This document shows, in pieces, positions 10,798-18,752 of a stretch of 32,000 nucleotides of DNA. The notes under the pieces were generated by a model. That model was given only the letters and a program-made list of their open reading frames with translations, was not told the origin of the DNA and did not search any database. The DNA lies in assembly GCF_000092105.1 (NCBI RefSeq), contig NC_014148.1, forward strand, positions 450,001-482,000. Direction: 5' to 3'. Positions within the stretch are counted from its first letter, which is position 1; the number at the start of each line of letters is the position of its first letter. Source of the DNA: Planctopirus limnophila DSM 3776. GTDB taxonomy: Bacteria > Planctomycetota > Planctomycetia > Planctomycetales > Planctomycetaceae. The translations under genes were made by a program, and so were the position numbers.

Positions 10798-11511
10798 TTA
10801 AACCTTCACTGCCACAATCTGAGTAGCGCACCCAAAAAAATGGCTATAAAATCTGGTCTGGAAACCAACCCTCTCGAAGTTCTGAATGACACCTCGGCAG
10901 CTTTTGAACTCAGAAGTATACTCCCAGAGCATTCGATAGTTGTCTGGATTGCCTAGTAAAATCCTTCCAAGAAGTGGGACGTAGTGCTTAACGTAGAGCT
11001 TAAAAAATGGATACAAAAACCTTGAGCGAGGTACTGAAAACTCAAGTAGTGAAACTGTGCCATTTGTCTTGGTGACTCTCCAAAGCTCCGCGGCGAATTG
11101 ATCGACCTCATTCGTAGTCAAGGTTTTAAGCCCAAATGAACAAGTGACTGCATCAAACTCGTTATCAGGACATGAGAGGCTGAGGGCATCTTCATTCACT
11201 ACCTCAAGATGTTCGCGCTTCCATCGCTTCGAGTTCTTTTGTGCTCTGTCGCACATTCCCGTTGAAAAATCTACCAGTCGTATCTTTGCATCACACCGGA
11301 TATGGCGTATCAGAATTGGAACCATCTCGCCCGCTCCTGACATCACGTCAAGAACAACACGGCTCTCTTTATCGATAGCCTTCGCGCACTGCCTCCGCCA
11401 GAAGAAGGCAAATCCTAGAGACGAGATGACATGGACAATTCCATACGTCTTTGCCATTTCGTCAAACAGTGCGCGTGGTTCTAGTCGCGGTCTCACTTGT
11501 GGTCTCATCAC
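10798..11511 (-). CDS. UbiE/MenG/COQ5-family class I SAM-dependent methyltransferase
   Basis: Family blocks in order: LFDEMAKTYG...SLGF..FWRR, VVLDVMSGAGEM (motif I), LVDFSTGMCDRA, EFDAVTCSFGLKTL, RVTKTNGTVSLLEFSVP, and YVPLLGRILLGNPDNYRMLWEYTSEF. The gene is visibly more AT-rich than its neighbours. Confidence 0.8.
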   Translation of the reverse strand: MMRPQVRPRLEPRALFDEMAKTYGIVHVISSLGFAFFWRRQCAKAIDKESRVVLDVMSGAGEMVPILIRHIRCDAKIRLVDFSTGMCDRAQKNSKRWKREHLEVVNEDALSLSCPDNEFDAVTCSFGLKTLTTNEVDQFAAELWRVTKTNGTVSLLEFSVPRSRFLYPFFKLYVKHYVPLLGRILLGNPDNYRMLWEYTSEFKSCRGVIQNFERVGFQTRFYSHFFGCATQIVAVKV

Positions 11512-11817
11512 TTCGGTGCATTATTTCCGAACGCAGGATCGACTGTTGAAATGAATTAAATCGTTCCTCGATCTTGCGGTACAGCCTGGTTTGGCCAACT
11601 TCGTTGAGTGGCAAGTGTGGCAGGTCGCGGGAAAGAAGGCGAGAGTCACTGGCTCTCAAGAGACGTCGTGCCATATTTGAGGCCACTCGTTTCCTTTGAA
11701 TGTTCGTAAGGGTGGCCCCGGTTGAGAGTTTGATTTTTACAGGGGTGGGGTGTCAAGAAAATGTTCTTTACTGCACCTTTCAACCTGTTTCGGCGCGATG
11801 TTGGTCGCAAGAAAAAT

Positions 11818-12273
11818 TCAGATGCCCTCATCAAGTCGAAAACCTATCTGGGTAATTGCTGGGTCATATGTTTCAAGCCATTCGATAAGAAGGCTGTACA
11901 TAATCACTGCGCCACGCGCGGCTGGCTCCGCTTGAAGATTGGTGTATGAGTGGCCTTTCCGCCAGAGCTGGTGAACGATGCGATTACGTCGACGATTAAA
12001 CTGCGTAAGCTCATCTAGGAAGGTAGGAATTGTGTATCCCATTTGGTCAAGGTAAACGCGGTACTTCTGGATAAGCTTGTCAAAGCTGATGTTCTTCTCA
12101 TCAGATATTTGGAGGAAGTGCCGGAGCAATGCTTCGATAAGTGAGTGAACAAGCAGGTACGTCTGGACGAACTGCCCATCGCTCAATGCCTGTGCCGCTG
12201 TTTTCTCGTTATCCTTGATGATGAGCGAAAAGTCTGGACTTGGTTGATTTAGCATTATGTATCTCACGGGCAT
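11818..12273 (-). CDS. HEPN-like domain protein (predicted all-helical, RNxxxH motif), 151 aa
   Basis: ELTQFNRRRNRIVHQLW contains R96-N97-x3-H101, the canonical HEPN Rx4-6H / RNxxxH motif. It sits about two-thirds along a 150-aa protein that looks helical. The gene is AT-rich. An alternative start is Met7 at 12255. Confidence 0.55.
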   Translation of the reverse strand: MPVRYIMLNQPSPDFSLIIKDNEKTAAQALSDGQFVQTYLLVHSLIEALLRHFLQISDEKNISFDKLIQKYRVYLDQMGYTIPTFLDELTQFNRRRNRIVHQLWRKGHSYTNLQAEPAARGAVIMYSLLIEWLETYDPAITQIGFRLDEGI

Positions 12274-12518
12274 TTAATTCCGAAAAAAGGTGTTAGTGCC
12301 CGGGGGCAATAATTCCCTCCCTCGTTCTTTGCATCTCTTATGTTTCACTGCGCGGTTGTCGAGAATTGATTCTCCAAACCAGAATACACAGTTACGACCA
12401 AACAAAGGTTACTGGAGAATAGCCTTAACACTTCAAAAACTCCAAAAATATTGCCAACCATTTCCGCTGGCAATACGCCTTGATTGCCGGCCTTTGACTT
12501 TCTCGATCAGAGCCTTCG

Positions 12519-12546
12519 AAAAACACTGCTGAGCAAGTCAGCAGTG
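12519..12546 (-). terminator. Intrinsic terminator of the histidine kinase/response regulator operon
   Basis: On the minus strand it reads CACUGCUGA-CUUGC-UCAGCAGUG followed by UUUUU: a perfect 9-bp stem with a 5-nt loop, 44 nt after the regulator stop codon. Confidence 0.7.
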
Positions 12547-12589
12547 GCACCCATTGACTTCTACATAGCACTGTGGCGAAGTCTCCACC

Positions 12590-12643
12590 TCACACCAGAC
12601 CATCTCGTATCGCAATCGCGACGGCACCGGCGCGGTTGTGGAC
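12590..12643. repeat. Direct repeat copy B (partner of 10328..10381); forms the last 17 codons plus stop of the response regulator
   Basis: See copy A. Identity drops to roughly 50-60% immediately beyond position 12643. Confidence 0.9.
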
Positions 12644-13252
12644 GTGGAGTTTCTGGTAGATGTTTCTGAGATGGGTATCAATCGTGTGGGGGCTGAGTTT
12701 TAATGCGCGGGCGATTTCGTCTTTAGTCAACCCCCGCACCACCTGTTTCAGCACATCCTGCTCCCGCAGGCTGAGATCGCTGGGTGATTTTGGCACAGTC
12801 GCTTTGGGTGGAGTGTTCGACATTAACTCCAGCACTTTACGCGCAATCTGAGGAGTCATCGAAGCACCGCCGGACAAAACTTCCTCAATGGCCCGGGCGA
12901 TTTCCTCCGCCGAAGAAGTCTTCAGCAGGTAACCATCGGCCCCCGCACAAATGGCTCCAAAAATCCGGTTATGATCATCGAAGACTGTCAAAATGATGAT
13001 TTTGAGAGCAGGTGACGCTGCTCGTAATGGTTTCATGGCCGAGATGCCATTCATGCCCGGTAAACCAATATCCAGCAGAATCAGCTCGGGGGCGGATTGA
13101 ACTTCAAGTGCTGTTAGCGCTTCCTCGGCTGTCGAGAAATTGGCCGCACAGTGATAGGCCGGCATGGCATCGATCGTTTTCGATAATGCCCGGCGGAATG
13201 ACTGATTGTCTTCAATCAGCCAGATGTTGCGGCGTTCGTTCGTCTTCGTCAT
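12590..13252 (-). CDS. NarL/FixJ-family two-component response regulator (REC + LuxR-type HTH)
   Basis: REC blocks: IWLIEDN, LILLDIGLPGMNG, IIILTVF, GADGYLLK. LuxR HTH: LSLREQDVLKQVVRGLTKDEIARALKLSPHTIDTHLRNIYQKL. Confidence 0.92.
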   Translation of the reverse strand: MTKTNERRNIWLIEDNQSFRRALSKTIDAMPAYHCAANFSTAEEALTALEVQSAPELILLDIGLPGMNGISAMKPLRAASPALKIIILTVFDDHNRIFGAICAGADGYLLKTSSAEEIARAIEEVLSGGASMTPQIARKVLELMSNTPPKATVPKSPSDLSLREQDVLKQVVRGLTKDEIARALKLSPHTIDTHLRNIYQKLHVHNRAGAVAIAIRDGLV

Positions 13253-13282
13253 CGCCCATCAGTTTCCTGAGAAAGCCAAAGT

Positions 13283-15394
13283 TTACGGGAGTGGCACTTT
13301 CAAGGTGGTCGTGTGCGGAGTTCCCGTCAAGAACTCGATGGAGCCGTGCAGTTCGCCGATTCGTTTGCGAATGTTCGGCAGACCATCCCCTGTCAGCACC
13401 TTTTGTGAGTCAAAACCGACGCCATTATCAACGATTTCCAACAGAAACGATTTGCGATCAAGAATAATCGTGATCGAGACAGCCGTCGCCAGGCTATGGC
13501 GGCTCAAATTGTGAAAGATTTCTTTGATCGAAAGAAATAAATTCCTCCGCCAGACGATATCGACCGTCACCTCCGGGATCTCTTTCGGTGTCTCGATCTT
13601 GAGATCCAGATTCCCGAGCATTCGCGTCGCGGATTGACGTACCTGGCTGATGAACTCTTCCAGAGTGAGCGGTGCAGGTTTAATAATCCAGAGCATATCC
13701 CGCATCGCCTGGCTGGTCTCGGTGGCAATCTTGGAAATCTCAATCAAATCGTGTGTCGATTCCTGCGGGATGCCTGTCTCGGTCGCGAGATTTCGGCTCA
13801 TGAGGGCAATGGTTCCAAGATTACTGCCAATGTCATCATGCAGGTCACTGGCAATGCGTTCGCGAAGTTTTGTCGTTTCGCGGTGAATTCGACCTTTCTG
13901 CCAGAGGATGGCCGTCAGTAAGAAGCTCAGTGACAAGATGAGAATGCCGCCACCTCCGACACCAGCATTCACCCAGAACGAACTGCGGCTCTGTGCGAGC
14001 TTTTCCTGCACACTGGAAAGCTGGGCTTCGTACTGCCGGCGTAAATCGATCTGCTTCAGCCAGTTCGCCAGTTCGATAATGTCGTTGCGACTGGTGAAAT
14101 CATCGACGATCGCAGCGGGAAACCAGCGTGAGGAAGCTGTTTCAGACTTATCAGACCCAGTGGAAGCAGTGTCAGAGTGAGTGATGGTGACTCGTTTTTT
14201 GAGGGCCACATTCTGATCGCCGGCGTAGACCTGCATCTCGGCCAGCGCTGCGACTGGGGGCGATTGCCGTTCATCGGGCACGTTGACGATCAATCGCACA
14301 TATCGGGCAGGGAGTGGATCAATGGGTAAATCGACCTCGCCGCGCATATCGTGAAGTTGTGGTAGCTGCTGCCTGAACAACCTGCGAGAGGCGACAGGAA
14401 TGATCAGCGGCCGATCTGTCCAGTGACGCAGTTCAAAACGACTGAAATCGAGGATCGCTTCGGCATCTTCAAATTCGGGAGAGTTGCTTAAGAGGATTTG
14501 AAAGCTGGTGGGGAATCCCCATCCGGGAGAACTGGGTGAATCGGTGGGTTGAGCCGGGTAGAGCCGCACTTCGTCGATGGGGTAGGTTTCGCCCAGATCG
14601 ATGGTGATTGTGAGCTGAGTGGCCTTGGGCCCTTTCTGTTGAAAACCATCGGATGGACTTTTCTGCAAGCCGACGGGTGGGGGGATGACAGAGAACTCAT
14701 CGACTAGATATTCAGTGGACCAGCGTAAGTCGGCCTCGATGGAACTCTTGGCATCGACCGGCCGCCAGAAGGCAATGTTCCGCATGCCCGAGATGACGAG
14801 CAGTTCGCCAATCGCCACAAAGTGATTTCCATCCAACGTTGCCAGTCGTGTGAAGGTGATCCGTACATAACGACCAATAGCTCCCGGCGTCGCAATTTGG
14901 ACCGGGAAGTAGCCTGGTGCGGGAAAATCTTCTGCGGTGAAATCGGCCAGTATTCTCGGATTCTGAAAATCCAACTGATCTGCAACTTCCACTCGAAACC
15001 TTTTGGGAAAGCCATAGCCCGGGATTTGCTGATCATTCAACCTGAGCAGGACAGGAGCGAGCACAATCGATTCGAATGTCCGAATGGCCCCCAGATCGAC
15101 CTGAATCCATTCCTGATCATCTCGTGAAGGTTGGAATTGTGAGTGATAGCCCGCGCGCAAGACTTCTTGTGGTGTGTACAGAGGCAGCGACGCCAACCGG
15201 CTCTTCAGATCCTGCTCCGAGCGAGATAACTGAGCAACTTGAGGACTGAGGATGCGGGCGAGTTGATCAAACCAGGGAGTTTTCGCTTCGGCCTGCAGAT
15301 TTGAAGTTGAGAGTAAGCCTATTAGCAGTAGTGCCAGCAGTCGCCACAGCCGGAGATTCAGGGGAGTGAAAACTTCCGGTGCATACCTGGCCAC
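13283..15394 (-). CDS. Sensor histidine kinase (HisKA_3 + HATPase_c) with a periplasmic region carrying two discoidin / F5-8 type C-like domains
   Basis: A signal peptide is followed by WIQVDLGAIRTFESIVLAPV...VAIGELLV and LTITIDLGETYPIDEVRLYP...ALAEMQVYA, both galactose-binding-like. One TM helix (GGGGILILSLSFLLTAILW). Then ASDLHDDIGSNLG (H-box of HisKA_3), EIFHNLSRHS (N-box) and DNGVGF (G1). Confidence 0.9.
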   Translation of the reverse strand: MARYAPEVFTPLNLRLWRLLALLLIGLLSTSNLQAEAKTPWFDQLARILSPQVAQLSRSEQDLKSRLASLPLYTPQEVLRAGYHSQFQPSRDDQEWIQVDLGAIRTFESIVLAPVLLRLNDQQIPGYGFPKRFRVEVADQLDFQNPRILADFTAEDFPAPGYFPVQIATPGAIGRYVRITFTRLATLDGNHFVAIGELLVISGMRNIAFWRPVDAKSSIEADLRWSTEYLVDEFSVIPPPVGLQKSPSDGFQQKGPKATQLTITIDLGETYPIDEVRLYPAQPTDSPSSPGWGFPTSFQILLSNSPEFEDAEAILDFSRFELRHWTDRPLIIPVASRRLFRQQLPQLHDMRGEVDLPIDPLPARYVRLIVNVPDERQSPPVAALAEMQVYAGDQNVALKKRVTITHSDTASTGSDKSETASSRWFPAAIVDDFTSRNDIIELANWLKQIDLRRQYEAQLSSVQEKLAQSRSSFWVNAGVGGGGILILSLSFLLTAILWQKGRIHRETTKLRERIASDLHDDIGSNLGTIALMSRNLATETGIPQESTHDLIEISKIATETSQAMRDMLWIIKPAPLTLEEFISQVRQSATRMLGNLDLKIETPKEIPEVTVDIVWRRNLFLSIKEIFHNLSRHSLATAVSITIILDRKSFLLEIVDNGVGFDSQKVLTGDGLPNIRKRIGELHGSIEFLTGTPHTTTLKVPLP

Positions 15395-15574
15395 AATACT
15401 TCCTCATTTTGTGAACGAAATCACGCGAATGCGTGAGGCGGGAACTGAACCTCGAATCTAATCTCGTCAATCACATCAAACCCGGCCAATGTGACATTGT
15501 CGAGGAAGTCACCAGGCGGAAGTTAAGAAGTCTCTCAATTCCCTTTCTCCTTTCTCCGTTTCGAACAGGACCGA

Positions 15575-16564
<990 letters not shown>

Positions 16565-16732
16565 GCCACCTCCTATTCAAGTCATCGCTTTCATTACGAT
16601 CACAAGGCGACAGCATGGATGTTGTTGCCTGATCGTAAAGTATAAACGATGCCACGCAGGTTACCGCTCTTTAACTAATCAGGCGCATCCTGAATCGACT
16701 TCAACTTCAGATTCGCAACTCGTGTCAATATC

Positions 16733-16824
16733 TCGGCGGGTGGCTGGGGTTGAGCGTCTTCGCGAACCCCCAGTTTATGCCGTAAATCGCTGGGGGTTCG
16801 AAGACTCAACCCCAGCTACCCCAT
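16733..16824. repeat. Palindromic intergenic repeat element (92 bp), clean copy
   Basis: Left arm tcggcgggtggctggggttgagcgtcttcgcgaacccccag, a 16-nt centre, then right arm ctgggggttcgaagactcaaccccagctaccccat. The arms are near-perfect reverse complements. Confidence 0.85.
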
Positions 16825-16905
16825 ACCAAGGCTTGAAGTCGAATACTAGAATACATGCTAGATCTCTCATCAACCTCTCGATAGCTACCTGCTGGATAAA
16901 TACGA

Positions 16906-17337
16906 ATGTCTACATATACAAATTGGAAAAGCTATCTGCCGGTCATGGCCTTGAGTGCCGGATGGCTGCTGACAGGCTTAGCCGGGTGCGGCGGGGGCAG
17001 TGATGCACCTCAGCGGTATCCGATATTGGGGCGGGTCACTTTGGATGGAAATCCACTGGAACATGGCGAAGTGCTGATTCTGCCTGCGGATGGCAAGGGG
17101 CGGCCCGATGCCGGGGCAATCAAGAATGGAGAATTTGCGTTTGATTGCACCTCAGGTTCGAAACGCGTGGAGATTACTTCTACGAAGGAGATTCCGCCCG
17201 CTTCTCCCGGAGGGATGCCCGACTATGTGGCATTAATCCCCCAAAAGTATAACTCAGCCTCGACGTTGACTGCCGAAGTGAAACCCAGCCGGAATGTGAG
17301 TGATAACACGTTCGAGTTTTCGTTGAAGACGAAGTAG
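16906..17337 (+). CDS. Small lipoprotein (carboxypeptidase-regulatory-like beta-sandwich) of the kind that often follows DUF1559 genes
   Basis: Lipobox LTGLAGC|GGGS, then GRVTLDGNPLEHGEVLILP...GEFAF. The start may instead be the internal Met at 16945. Confidence 0.7.
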   Translation: MSTYTNWKSYLPVMALSAGWLLTGLAGCGGGSDAPQRYPILGRVTLDGNPLEHGEVLILPADGKGRPDAGAIKNGEFAFDCTSGSKRVEITSTKEIPPASPGGMPDYVALIPQKYNSASTLTAEVKPSRNVSDNTFEFSLKTK

Positions 17338-17390
17338 ATCTTCTATATAAGTACTAATTGAACAGGATTTGTCACCATAAGAAACTGAAA

Positions 17391-17417
17391 GGCCGAATCG
17401 CTCAATGCGATTCGGCC
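17391..17417. terminator. Bidirectional intrinsic terminator between convergent genes
   Basis: ggccgaatcgc-tcaat-gcgattcggcc is a perfect 11-bp stem. It is flanked by T-rich tracts in both transcript orientations: tgttctcttattc on +, and tttcagtttc on -. Confidence 0.75.
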
Positions 17418-17491
17418 TGTTCTCTTATTCAATCTTTTAATTTGTGATCGAGTCGTCAGGAGAGGCTTATATCAAATCTTTGGTCAAAAAA

Positions 17492-18541
17492 TCAGTTATC
17501 GAGCGAGGCAATCTGTCCATCATTTCGGCCGCCGAGTCGTTGCCATGTGGTATTGTCGACGTTATCGCTCACGAATCGGACAGCACCGTCAGCCATGAGA
17601 ACATGTACACCGCCCGTATGCCTGCTGCGAGCGGTATAAACTCCAATGTTGTCAGTTGACCAGCAACCGCTGCAGGCCACGCAGTTCGGAAATGTAGAAT
17701 TCGGGTTGTAGACAGTGTTGAAAACTGTTTGCCCACCAATTCCTAAGGCCCAGTGAATCTGCTCCTTCAAATTTCCTGATCGGCGATGGACAGACCCCGT
17801 CGCTGAAGCAGCATCAGAAAGAGCTTTGCAGGCCGTCCCGAGAGCCTGCATTTGGGTCTGAGTGGGAAAGGACAAATTGATGGTGCTGAAGTCACTTGGC
17901 CCCCAGCTTTCCGCAAGCTTGGAATCGGGAGATCCGCTACCGGAAGCAATCTGTTCGCTGGCAGCAATAGTGTTCGATGTGCCATCTGTAATGTCACCAA
18001 TTCGAACGCGAGCGCGGAAGTTAAAGACACCCACCTGTTCGCTGAGTGGAACTCCGCCGCGTAGTGCACCACTATGCCCCCAATAAAGCGTAGGGCCGGC
18101 ACTCATCACATAGCTGTTTCCACCACCGCGAGGATCGCTTGGCCCCTGATCCGATGGACACAGGAAGACAGGAATGCGACGAGTGATCATTTGCCAGTTG
18201 GGAGTTCCTGCTCCGGATTCATTCACTGCTAGTGAAAAATCGAGGTCACCAGTAATGTTCGCCTGCTCAAAATAAGGCAACAGCATCGAGTGGGCGCTCC
18301 AACCCCAGTACGAGTTGTCACCGGTACTGCGAGTTTCAAAATTCGCACGCGGAAACATGTTATAAACATCGTGATAATTATGGATTGCCAGTCCGAACTG
18401 CTTAAGATTGTTTTTGCAAGCCGACCTTCTGGCCGCTTCGCGTGCCTGTTGAACAGCGGGTAACAATAAGGCAATCAGAATGGCAATAATCGCAATGACC
18501 ACGAGCAATTCAATCAAGGTGAAACCATGTTTTTTCCGCAT
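17492..18541 (-). CDS. DUF1559 domain protein with a prepilin-type N-terminal signal (second paralogue)
   Basis: MRKKHGFTLIELLVVIAIIAILIALLLPAVQQAREAARRSACKNNLKQFGLAIHNYHD ... SRHTGGVHVLMADGAVRFVSDNVD. I take the start at Met28 of the track ORF (18541), so that the cleavage motif is N-terminal. Confidence 0.9.
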   Translation of the reverse strand: MRKKHGFTLIELLVVIAIIAILIALLLPAVQQAREAARRSACKNNLKQFGLAIHNYHDVYNMFPRANFETRSTGDNSYWGWSAHSMLLPYFEQANITGDLDFSLAVNESGAGTPNWQMITRRIPVFLCPSDQGPSDPRGGGNSYVMSAGPTLYWGHSGALRGGVPLSEQVGVFNFRARVRIGDITDGTSNTIAASEQIASGSGSPDSKLAESWGPSDFSTINLSFPTQTQMQALGTACKALSDAASATGSVHRRSGNLKEQIHWALGIGGQTVFNTVYNPNSTFPNCVACSGCWSTDNIGVYTARSRHTGGVHVLMADGAVRFVSDNVDNTTWQRLGGRNDGQIASLDN

Positions 18542-18752
18542 ACGCTCTCTCCAGTCGCCAATAAAAAGTGAACAAATAAACAAGTCGTTGGACATTATTG
18601 ACGTCATCAATGCGAATGGCAATCAAAAACAGGTCAATCATTGCAAGGTATGACGAATTTATGCAGATTGCATAGTTGAGAACGTCGGATCATTCCAACG
18701 GATGATCAAAGCAGTAAGGTTGTGGGCAGGTATTCCGAACGTCACGACAAGG

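Noticed and set aside
11462-11686. 74-aa ORF between the HEPN-like gene and the methyltransferase, as a possible third component or antitoxin
   Set aside because: It overlaps the methyltransferase start by 50 nt. The overlapped methyltransferase codons encode the conserved F-D-x-x-A-x-x-Y N-terminal block, so the methyltransferase frame is the real one there. I see no motif or RBS. It cannot be fully excluded.
10328-12643. Possibility that the repeated response regulator 3' end is a DGR template/variable repeat pair
   Set aside because: Outside the 54-bp patch, the differences involve all four bases rather than adenine-specific substitutions. Identity is far too low for a TR/VR pair, there are indels, and no reverse transcriptase gene is nearby.
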